A stretch of 64,000 nucleotides of DNA. Origin: Hydrolagus colliei. Taxonomy: Eukaryota. Shown here piece after piece: positions 12,638-23,790 of this stretch (position 1 is the stretch's first letter; every line of letters begins with the position of its first letter). The stretch lies in contig CM068743.1 in NCBI GenBank assembly GCA_035084275.1, positions 117,304,001 through 117,368,000 on the forward strand, in the 5' to 3' direction. A program made the translations under genes and the position numbers. Under the pieces are notes generated by a model. It saw only the letters and a program-made list of their open reading frames with translations, had not been told where the DNA came from and did no database searches.

Positions 12638-14835
12638 CATAAGGCCATAAGAATTAGGAGCAGGAGTAGGCCATTCGGGCCCTCGAGCCTGCCTCGCCAT
12701 TCAATAAGATCATGGCTGATCTATTCTAACTCCACCTACCCGCTTTATCCCCATATCCCTTAATCCCTTTATCCACAAGAAATCTGTCAATCTCAGTCTA
12801 GAATATGTTCAATGACTGAGCATCTACAGTCCTTTGGGTAGAGAATTCCATAAATTCACTACCTTCTGAGTGAAGCAGTTTTTTCTCAACTCAGTGTGAA
12901 ACGGCTGACCCCTAATTTTACGATGGTGACCCCTGGTTATAGTTTCTCCAACCAGGGGAAACACTATCTACTCTGTCATGCCCCTTAATAATCTTATAGG
13001 TTTCTATAAGATCACCTCTGATTTTTCTATATGCTAGACAATATAGGCCTAGATTGCTCAACCTATCCTCATAACTCATTCCAAGTACCAACCTAGTGAA
13101 GTTACGTTGTACCCCCTCCAAGGCAAGTACATCCTTTCTTAAATAAGGAGACCCAAACTGCACACAATATTTTAGGTGCGGTCTCACCAGGGCCCTAAAC
13201 AATTGCACTCAGACTTTTCATCTCTTATATTCTAACCCTTTTGTAATGAATGCCAACATACCATTAACCTTCCTAATTGCTTGCTGTACCTGCAAACTAA
13301 CTTTTTGTGACTGGTGTACAAGGACACCCACATCCCTCTGAATGCTAACACTATCCAGTCTCTCCCCTTCTAAAAACTAATCTGCTTTACTGTTTTTACC
13401 ACCCAGATGGATGACTTCACACTTGCCTATATTATACTTCATCTGCCACCTACATCCCCAATCACCTATCCTATCTATATCGCATTACATTTTTTAAATG
13501 TCATCCTTGGTGTTACTTTCCCTCCTAGTTTAATATCATCCACAAATTTAGATATTTCAAGTTCAATGTCCTCATCTAGATCGTTAATGTAAATTGTAAA
13601 TAGTTGAGACCCAAGCACTGATCCTTGTGGCAATCCACTAGTCACATCCCGCCAATCTGAGAAGTACCCATTTATCCCTACTCTTTGTTTTCTTCCCGTT
13701 AGCCATTCTTCAATTCAGGCTAATATATTCCCTTTAATTCCATGGGTCCTTATCTTGTGGATCAACGTTTTATGCAGCACCTTATCCAATGTCTTTTGTA
13801 AATCTAAATTCACTACATCTACTGATTCCTCCCTATCTAATCTACTTGATATGTCCTCAAAAAAATCTAAAAGATTTGTTAAAGCATGACTTCCCTTTTG
13901 TAAAGTCTGTCTAATCATATTGTGATCCTCTAAGTATTCCACTGCGACATCCTTAATTAAGGATTCTAGAATTTTCCCTAACACCAATGTCAAACTGACT
14001 GGTCTATAGTTTCCCATCTTTTCTCTCCCACCTTTCTTAAATAGTTGTGTGATGTTTGCGATCTTCCAATCAATGGGAACCGTTCCAGAATCCAAACAAT
14101 TTTGGAAGATTAAATACAAGACCTCCACTATCTCATGAGCCACCTCTTTTAAAACCCTAGGATGCAAACCATCAGTCCAGGGGACTTGTCACATTTTAAT
14201 GCCAACAATTTCCCTAGCACCAATTCTTTGCTAATATAAATTCCCCTAAGTTGCTCCCTATCATTAGCCCCTTGGTTCATCTTTATTTTCTGTAAACGTT
14301 TTGTGTCTTCTAAAGTGAAGACAGAAGCAAAGTATTTATTTAGGGACTCTGCCATATTCTTATCCCCCATTATAATTCCTCCTGTCTCTGCCTGTAATGG
14401 ACCCACATTTACTTTTGCTAGCCTATTCCTCTTAATGTATTTATAAAAACTCTTACAATCTGACTTAATGTTCCTAGCTAGCTTGCCCTCATAATCCATT
14501 TTCTCACTCTTAATGAGCTTTTGGTTTTTCTTTGTTGGTCCCTAAAACACTCACAGTACTCTGCTCCTTATGGCAGTTTTATAGGCCTTTTCTTTTAGTT
14601 TTATACTTTCCCTAACTGCTCTAGTTAGCCATGGATGAATTGCTTTCCCTGTGATACTGTACTCTTATTCCTCAAGGGAATATGCGACCGCTGAGAATTA
14701 TGCACTGCATCTTTAAATATTTGTCATTGTTGGTCTACTGTCATATCTATTAATCTGATTCCCCAGTCTATTTTAGCTCATTCTTCCCTCATGCCTGCAA
14801 AGTTAGAACATTAAAAACCTTATTGCCTACCTGAA
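12638..14835 (-). mobile_element. CR1 LINE, 5'-truncated, degenerate ORF2 (reverse transcriptase)
   Basis: ORFs 13715-14167 (HPRVLKE..WKIANIT.LFKKG.RE..GNYRPVSLT), 14149-14499 and 12918-13208 (LVRPHL.YCVQF.SPYLRKD) are classic CR1 ORF2 segments; CR1 3' tail at ~12640-12680. Confidence 0.95.
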
Positions 14836-14984
14836 CGGTAGATGGAAGGTCCCAAATAAAATTCCATCCGAATGATAACACTGCTGATATAAATTCCTGG
14901 GACTTACTGTCAAGCTCACACATGACAAACGGGTACTTATTCCAAGGTATCGGAAAGCAGACAGTGCTGGAGAACTGTCTCATA

Positions 14985-15310
14985 AACAACAACTTGCATT
15001 TGTATGGGATAAAATCTCAGAGTGCATCACAAAGACAGGTTTGGCTGCCACGTAAGGGTAAGTGGATGGAGGGAGGGAGAAAATGACCAGAACATGGTCA
15101 AAGATGTAGGTTTTAAGTTTGGACTTAAAGGGAGAGAGAGTGCAGATGGAGAGGTAAGGGAAAGTAGTTCCAGAGATTAAAGGTGCAAAATCTGAAGGCT
15201 TGGCCATTGGTTGTGGGGTGGAAGGGGAGGGAGATTTGCATCAAGCCTGAAATAGAGGAGGAAGGAAAATAAGAGTCAATAGATTTGGGGAATGGGGTTT
15301 GGAGCATAAT
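14985..15310 (-). mobile_element. L2 LINE 3' fragment
   Basis: (CAA)n tail on +, ORF fragment FKSKLKTYIFD on -. Confidence 0.7.
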
Positions 15311-16450
15311 TGTGGAGCAACAAAAAGGAAATCATTGTCCCTGTGACTGTCCACTGATAACCTGATTGTATTGTATATGTGAGGAATCCATTCATTCATG
15401 CTGATGCTCCTCCTGCATATTCTGTTTTGATTTCAGACTTGTAGCATTCACTGAGTTTCCTCTTACTCAGTGTAATATACATTGGCCACTCCGGTATTTA
15501 TAGCTTACATTCCCTTACGAAGACCCAAAGTTTGTGACATCAGAGCATCAATCTCATTGACTGTGAATGGCCAGATGATGTACAGTGGGTTTTAATTACA
15601 TTCATTTTAATTATACTCCATTAGGAGTTCAATCACTTTGCTTAAAGGCAAGTGTTGGTGTCATTATTCAGTGCTGGGGATGGAGGTACACAGTAATTAC
15701 TGAGCTCTCCCAACTCACACATAAACCCAGGGGTAGAGCTTCAAAGCTGCCTCCACTGACCAAAGAGATGACTGTCTGAGGAAACTGTGAGGACAGAATT
15801 ACAGTGTTCACAGTGTGAAATAGGCAGGAGATGATTCAAGGGAAAGAGCAGGTGTAGATTATGGGGAAACAGAAGATGGGGATTACGAGGAAATATTTAA
15901 AGGCATCAAACTGCCCTTCACAACTCTAAACCACAACTCTTCTTGGTCTTGGTCTATTGGAAAGCATTGTTCTGGGTTTACTTATCAATCCCATTTGAAA
16001 TCTTTCACCTCTCTGTAAGGTCCACTCTGCAGTGTATCTTTTCAAGGTCAAAGAGCCCTACCTTGTTTAATCATTCCTCATGGTGAATAGTTGAGGTGCT
16101 GCCTCCTAAGAAATATCGTAAATCACCAAATTCTTCCTATTCCAAAACACAAAAATGAGTCCAGCTTTTAATATCCATGCACAAGGCTGAATGTAACTTC
16201 ACTGTTATCAATCATGAGTTACAAATCAATGTTTGAAAGTAAACCTGGACAAGTTAGGCTGACAACCGGGAGTGATTTGAGGAAAGAAATCTTAGTTGAC
16301 TATGAGGGATGCTTTACTTTGCAATCCTCTTAAAATTTAATGTTCGTGGTTTCTCAAGGAATCTGTGAAATTGCTGAGTGTAATAAACACACATAAATGT
16401 TTATTTAAATCTGTTGTTAATTCTGGTGTAACCTGCACTTCCCTTTCCAG

Positions 16451-16571
16451 AACTATTAAAAATCTTCAGGTCATAATTAGTGTTTTGAAAGAGATTCATT
16501 GCAAGTGATGAAAAACCATGGAAACTCAAGATTGCCATGACGACCACCGATGCAGGGTAGATAAGCCTGAG
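16451..16571 (+). other. Candidate upstream (5' UTR/uORF) exon of the PPP1R17 locus
   Basis: CTTCCCTTTCCAG acceptor, strong donor GAG|GTAAGG at 16572, Kozak ACCATGG with ATG at 16518. No homology recognised. Confidence 0.35.
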
Positions 16572-17921
16572 GTAAGGCTCACAGCATTAGCGCAGACAGA
16601 TCCTCCTTTAGTGAAGACAGCTGTCAGGTTTGCTGTCTGTGAGTACTTTACAATGTCCTCTCCCTGTAACTCAGATAGCAGGTGAAACTTTATAAGGAAA
16701 AGTCCAGATGTTTACAGAGTACGTTGGTAATCCTAAAAATGCACGGGAAAACTCTGACACATACAGAAATCCAGCACCATTCTAAAGACTATCCAAACCA
16801 AACTGATAGTTCCACAGATTTGTATAAATATTTCTTGTTCTTGGAACAGAATGCACATTCCCTCCCTGGAGGGACACACACTGTTTACCTAATTCCAGAA
16901 AGTATTTGGTGTAGGTTGCAAGAACTAAGGCTTAGGGATCCCCAGGGTGCGTGTTGGGTATTGTTGGAGTTTAAGCAGCTAAACCAGCTGATAACTATCA
17001 GCCCATGGTAATTGCCCCCAATTCATAATAAGATTCCTTGTATTTGAGCCTGATCACATTGTTAAATCACATGAAATGCATAAAAAAAGTTATTTATTTG
17101 GGAAGGGAATGAAGTGCTCCAAGACCCTACCCAGGGTGAAATAAATACAAGTTTATCATTGTTGTTTTTGGAATCTCAGCATTGACCTCCGGGTCCTGCA
17201 CAATGCCAGCCCTTTCTCATCAGCATCCTTTTCAGAAGTAAGTTTCTTTCCAGTCTATTGCTCATTCATGGTGAAGTTGCCAACAAAAGCTATTACTCCA
17301 AAATGTTATCCTACATAAAGGGTGCTTTTTTGGGCGGGGGAAGTGGCATGAGACAAGTTGTTGTTGTTCTACTCTGCCATTCCCTCCAGCATGGTCTCCT
17401 TCACTGATCCACAATTACTGCCTCTTGGTCCAGCCCAGGCTCCCTGGTAAGCACCCAGTAGCATATCATGTCGAACCCAGGAATCCTGTTGTACATGGTA
17501 CATTCTATTGCTGGACAGGGATGGGAACTGGGGATCAAATTGTGGGTGAATGCAATTCATAATATCTGGCACCACAAAACCTTCATGAAATTCTGGGACT
17601 GGAACCACACCTTTAATGGGTTGGGAAGTACAGAGAGAAAAGAGGAACTCGACCTGTCAGGCTGAAGAAGACCTCACGTGAATTATTTAGTTTTATTCCC
17701 AATACAGATTTAAACACACGAGTGTCAGTGTAATGTTGTTCACAACTACCTATCCTGTAGTGTTTTACATTGACAATATTGTTTAATTACAGTTGTGGTT
17801 AGAAAACAGCAACAATTTGCATTTCTAAAGCACCCTTCACGCAGAGTAGAATGCTCACATTAGTGAAGGAATGCCACACAGGGTGAAAGAGTTGACCATC
17901 TACCTATTACTTTATCCACAG

Positions 17922-18018
17922 GAAAAAAAGTGAATCAACATGTCGACGGAGTGCATGCCATCACCTGACGCACACAATGACAGGCTGGACGACAGCGAGC
18001 AGCTATGCTAGCACTGAG
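17922..18018 (+). pseudogene. PPP1R17: PPP1R17 (G-substrate) first coding exon with two premature stops
   Basis: Acceptor TTTATCCACAG, ATG 17940, translation MSTECMPSPDAHNDRLDDSEQLC*H*G| with donor GTAACT at 18019. Ungapped match to the G-substrate N-terminus (MSTEQMQPLELSEDRLDKLDPRCSHL-D, recalled), with the phase-1 boundary where I recall it and in the syntenic position after ITPRID1. TAG 18009-18011, TGA 18015-18017. Confidence 0.8.
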
Positions 18019-19035
18019 GTAACTAATCTGGTGCAATGTCCACAGAGACAGTTCATTACACCAATGGAAGGAGATTTCATCAGCCAGGCTGAAAAAGTGC
18101 AATATGTTCCCCTGAAACATGAGAAGGGTTTGCTTCAGGGCAGAGCACTGGCCAATGGTGCCAGATGGAGGCACAGATGGAAGGTGCACTCCTGAATCTC
18201 CACAGTTTACAGATGGGAAGCCGTTTCCTCAAAGATGCCATGTCTTACAAGAATCATTCGATCTGGCACTTTTTGGCTTGTTTGTGGAACATTCCTGTGC
18301 GCAAATTGGCTGCCTACAAAATACACACTCACTGCATTCTACACTAAAGCTTCTGATATATTTTTGAGGTGTTTTGATAACTGATCAGGTGCTATATCAA
18401 ATGCAAGGATTAATACTAATAGTAGTATTATTAGTGGTAGTGTATCAAGCATTCAAATGCTGCATCGATAGTACCCAAATGCCTACAAGAGCTTAGACAT
18501 GGAAAAGTGCTGTAATGTGTAGTGACTGTGCATCTTGTAGGCAAATACAACAGCTAATTCTAATTATTCTATGAGGAACATTTGAGGTGAAAAAATGTAC
18601 TATTTCATAAAAGATTAAAAATCATCGTTTCCATTCATTCCAAAACCCTGGCCATGGTATTCATTCTACCTATCCATCCCCTACCCATTTCATTACAATA
18701 AAATTCCACTCACTCCTCACTCCCATTTAGCATAAGTTATTCATCCGTTACTGCCTAGATATGGCCCCTGCCTTTAATAAGGGCAGGCACTAAGGAACAC
18801 ACTTTTGTTTAATGTCTGAACACCTCTTGAGGTTCTCCATACACCATGGTTCTGTTACAATAGCAGGTAGAAACCCCAGGCTCGAAAGCCCTGCTCCAAG
18901 TGGTTCAAAGTCAAAGCCCACTTCAGTTAATACCTTTACATTCTACCACTGAGGCGCCCAAGCACCTGCCTGTGTGATCTTCTTCCTATTCTCCTGCTTG
19001 CCCCTTTCTGCTCGGCAAACTTGGCACTGCTATGG

Positions 19036-19922
19036 TGTTAGAGATTAATTTCTCAGGTTGAAAATATCATTTCTCCAGTCAAAAATTAGGTTACAGCCAG
19101 CCTCCGATTGACCAGGTACTACTGATTCATTTCTTTTAAAGCAGGTTCTTTTATTCAGGTATACTCATTGAGCTGACACTAAAGCATATAAAAATACTAC
19201 AAGGCACAAACAATACACTAGGTTTCTCATAATGCAATCTCATACACCAATATACTACCCGGCACGCATTCTTCAGGTTAAAAGGGAATAGTCCTTTCTC
19301 TTCCTTGCCTCCTTCTTCGAGGTCTGGGGGGGAGTAGTCCTTTCTCTTCCTTGCCTCCTTCTCCGAAGTCTCAGGGGTGGGGGTTGCCTCTTCTCAGTCG
19401 GTCTAGGGGAAAAGTAATCCTTCCTCCTTGCCTCCTCTCAGTCGGTCTCGGGGAAAAGTAGGGGTGTGGATCTCTTTGGGGGTCTGCTGTCACGTTACAG
19501 CTCTTCCATCAGTTGGTTCCCTTTCTCGAGAGCGACTTGGCTACTGTCACATTACAGTATCTTCCATCAGGTCCTTCTCCTTCTGCTCCTCCGTCTCCGC
19601 TCTGCTCTATTCCTTTGTCTCAACACTTTTATCCTTTCTTGGTTGCATGGTGTTCGCGTGAACATCTCATGCCACTCTCAGACATTCTCCGTATTCCACA
19701 TCCTCTTTTACACCCAACTCTGCCTTTCTTCGCAAACGAGCTCTTCTTATCGCAGTCTGTTTTAACCGATTTCTAATGGTGACCTTGACGACTCAAACTA
19801 TGTGTAGCAACTTCCCTTATCTTATACAGCAGTTATACAAAAACATCACGTGGCATCATTCTAGCCCATTCTGTTTTTAACAGTCTATACCAATTTTAAC
19901 CAGTTCTTCACCAACTCTAACA
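19036..19922 (-). mobile_element. Solo LTR (ERV- or Gypsy-type), 887 bp
   Basis: Ends TGTTAGAG...CTCTAACA (perfect 8-bp inverted ends); 4-bp TSD ATGG at 19032-19035 and 19923-19926; on - strand TATAAG near 19821-19826 and AATAAA near 19150-19155; internal tandem duplications. Confidence 0.85.
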
Positions 19923-19939
19923 ATGGCACAACACAAACT

Positions 19940-20145
19940 TGGCACAACACTTTGGAACTCTCCCTCCACCTCACTGTCTTACTCTTTCTGTCTTTAAAGC
20001 CAATCTAAACACTTACCTCTTTACCCCATTCTACGGTCACCTCATCTTTGCCCTCCTCCCTTGCTTGATATCTGACAACATCCCTGTGAAGCACCCCAAC
20101 ATGGCATCCAACATGAAGGGCATGATATAAACAGAAATTGTTGTT
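19940..20145 (+). mobile_element. L2 LINE 3' fragment
   Basis: TTTGGAACTCTCCCTCC...TTTAAAGCCAATCTAAACACTTACCTCTTT... ending in a TTGTTG tail. Confidence 0.65.
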
Positions 20146-20199
20146 CAAACACAGCAGGAATGTCAAGTAACCAACTAGTGACTATCCTACTTGGGGTGG

Positions 20200-20680
20200 A
20201 GTGCAGGTAAGCAGGGTCTCCTCAGAGCTGAATTGGCTCCAAGATGATATGTTTGGCAATGGAATGTCAGAACCAATCCCACCCTCTGTGGTAGTCTAGG
20301 AAGTCCAGTTCCTGAGCCAGATGGTTCCACAATATTCCAGCGCACTGTTGATGACAGTACAGCCAGTCTAGCTCATCAGTAGGACTTGGAAGGGCAGACC
20401 ATTCACTGTGGTCCAGAAGCCCTCCCAGTCAGCTCCTGTTAACCCTCAAAGCAAAGCCCTAATGGAGCAGAGTGGTCCTAGCTGGACAAGCAGTGGGAAA
20501 GCTGGCCAGATAATGATATCAATGGCAACCTATTTGTATTTTTGTTGGTTCGACTTCAGCAGTAACCCAAAGCTTGCTCTGGGGTCTCCTAGACTGATCT
20601 TTTTGCCAACCTGTCCTTTATACTCTCCAGATTTGGTGAGCAAGTGTGTTGCTCCAGAGAGAGAGAGTGACATCTTCTAG
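20200..20680 (+). repeat. Old dispersed repeat (family A), longest copy
   Basis: Aligns with 40020-40300, 27790-27960 and the reverse complements of 8710-9050 and 41230-41560. Confidence 0.7.
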
Positions 20681-21764
20681 AATATAGAATATTCTATTCC
20701 AATGGAAATACAGGCCAGAAAAGCTTAATTCCCTCACCTCTTATGATGAGGGAGAGACTGCTGACTAGTGTCAGCATCTGTGTTTGGGTTCAGACTCAAC
20801 TCAGTTAGTTCCAGTATAACAGCCTTAAAATACTGCCACTAGGCTTCAAAACACACCTGGGCCTTGCCAAGCCAGTGACAAGTTGGCAGTTTACGAACTG
20901 TTCTTTAGTAGCAAACCAATGTACTCAGGTCAGAAGGGTGGGTTCAGCTTCAAGGTCTGTGTTTATGCAGCATATATTCATTGACTTAAATGTGTCACCT
21001 TTCCAAATGAATATCTGATGCAGAAAGTGGACAGTCTAAGGAGGAAATCATAATGTCAACATGAAGTGTCAACAGCGTCACCTACAAAAGAATATAATAA
21101 TTGTATCACTCAGTGGGCCAGAATTGCATTCTATCACAGAAATCTGGATTAATATTTGTGCTCGCTGCCCACAGACAGTTTGATCAAGATCTATACAGCA
21201 CTTGGTTCACTTTGACAGAAAAGAGACAAAACCCAGACAAACAAATGACATGGGGTGAGACTTTCTAACCTGTCAATTTATCTGTTGGGTTTAGCAATAC
21301 TGCTGCCAAGTAACCTGCACTGTGTGGAAGGTGACTTCTCTTATTAAACTCTATAAAGTATTGGCCAAGGCAGATGTTTCTAATCTGATCTATAAGGTTC
21401 CATCTGCTCTGCCTCAGGAAACTGTTGAGGGGAGTCGATAGGTTGTTCAAAAGAGAGACAGACATGGTAGTTGGGTAATAGAGATATTAAAGGGTATGGC
21501 GAGAGGGTGGTGGGATTAAAATATCTCCCAATATCTAATAAACTGGTGGAACAGCTTGATCAGTTGAATGACTTCTTATTTCTGCTTCACGTGTTCTTAT
21601 CATTGTCAATGGTCAGGACAAATGTAGTCTGAATTTTCATTGCAGAATTAATCCCATTTCCCAGCCTGCAAATATCCCAGTCTCAGAATAGTCTATCAGC
21701 TTCTTATTCACGTTACGCTTAGGAGACTCAAAATTTATTTTCTTTCTCTGTAACCCCCATCCCC

Positions 21765-21872
21765 CACCCCTACCCACACACACATACACACAAATTCAGT
21801 CACCCCCCCTACCCACACACATACTTTTACACACGTGCTCTCTCTCTCACACACACACACACACATACGCAC
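21765..21872. repeat. (CA)n-rich simple repeat
   Basis: Directly visible, with duplicated CCCTACCCACACAC. Confidence 0.8.
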
Positions 21873-23790
21873 CTATTTTTCTGTTTCATTTTCTATTTCT
21901 GTTAACTTGCTGATTTTCTCAGTGCTGAGGAATGGGGGGAACTGATCACAATGATAAACCAGAGGAACAAAATCACAGCTTTAAGACTGTTGTCTTAACA
22001 TTAATTTTAGCACTAATTTTAACATATTGCAGAACTTTGGATCCTCTTCAATTTGGTCTTAATTTGGAAGCCAGTTTGAATATTTGGCAGGATTATGATT
22101 TACCGTTTGGGATTTCCAGGTTCTGGAGCTGCTATTAAACTATACCTTGTTTTACTTTTTAAAAAAAACATATTTTAAACATGCAAGTAAAATCAAAGAG
22201 GGCCTTGAGGCAGGCCTTGGAAGAGGCAAAGGAGTGGGCAAGGTGGAGGGATTCCGGCAAAGAGTTCCATACTTTTAGAGATACAGGTCAAATCTGGAGC
22301 CCTGGGACTTGCTTATCAAAGTGTCCATTTCACAAAAGCTCACCTCACATTCCAATAGGAAGGGGTAGTGGAAGGGTTGTTACTCCTCCGAGTTTAAACA
22401 TATTATTTATTTACTCTAGATGCATTGACAGGAGATGCATTTTAATTAAGTTGTGAGATGTTTGCGAGGGCGATTGGTCATCAAATCTTCAGAGATCAGT
22501 TAGGGCAATGGCTCAGATGCCATGATTGGTCTCATCTTTTAAATTCAAGCAGCATAAATTGAGGCTTTATAATCAAAGGGAAAAAGGGTGGATGTAAGAA
22601 AAATATTTTAAACAACAGAAGGTTGGTAGAATGTGGGAGGGATAGCTCTTGTAGAGATGGCCAAATGCCATGCTGTAATATTTCTATGATTCTGTGATCA
22701 CAAATCCTGCGTTTGTTCCTTTTTGTGGAATATATCAGTGGAGGTCAAGTGAGGATAGGATATTGGCTCATCTGTGACACTTCCAAAGGTCAACACTTAT
22801 TGTCAAGGATCATAGGTGAATATTACTGTAAACAGGCTTAAAGTAGTTTTCATTATTTTCCATACAAGTAATGTAGAGCCAGAGAGTTAATAATATTCCT
22901 TGCATTTGATACAACACCTTATCAAGTTTTCTAGATGTCTTAAAGCATTTCACAGAATATACTACAAAATGAATTGACTGTATATTTTGGACTGTATATT
23001 ATAGGTGGAATGTATGGAGCTTTATTTGGCTTTTCTGCTGGGTCAACCCTTGTTTCCAAAATGGAGTATTTCAGTCTAATTCAGTTAATGGGGGTGAGCA
23101 AACGTAGCCTCGCTCACCAATAAGAAACAAAAACCTGGAAAAAAAATATTAAGCAAAGAAGGTGAGTCACAACCCTCTCTGGCAGCTACAGATTGCATTA
23201 CAAAAACTTCTCATAAATGTTGATTGTGGATCTGAATGCAGGAAGAGATCACTTACCTACAACAAGCTGCAACTCATACAAAATTCTGGCCTGTAGTGGA
23301 TGAAAATAAATTTGGCACTGTCTATCCTTTCCTCCCATCTTTTCTAGGATCCATTTGCTATGAATATGCATTGGCACTAAAACATTCCATCACCTTGCTC
23401 CTTATCCACCTGTCTTTAAATCCAATCCAAAATGTATCCCTTTGACCAGGCATTTGATCAACAACCTTTGATTAAAAATCCAATTTAATAATAATAATAC
23501 TCCTTGCATTTGATATAGTGCTTTTCACATCTTATTGATGTCTCAAAGCGCTTCACAGAATATACTGTAAAGTGCATTGTAGATTGACTGTAGATTTGTG
23601 GGTGAAACGAGGCAGCGAATTGCACACAGCAGTGTCCCACAAATAGTCGTGGATTGAAATTACCAATTTTTATTATTGTATTTTTGGGGGGATGGATCAT
23701 TATTAGAGATGTGGAATAAGGAAACTGCCCATAGTTTTGCCCTCATCTGCCTGGATTCAAATACAGGTCTCACACTTGTAAGGTGAGTGC

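Noticed and set aside
18009-18017. Stop recoding (selenocysteine or readthrough) rescuing PPP1R17
   Set aside because: Would need both TAG and TGA recoded, neither aligns to a Cys, and the downstream exons were not found.
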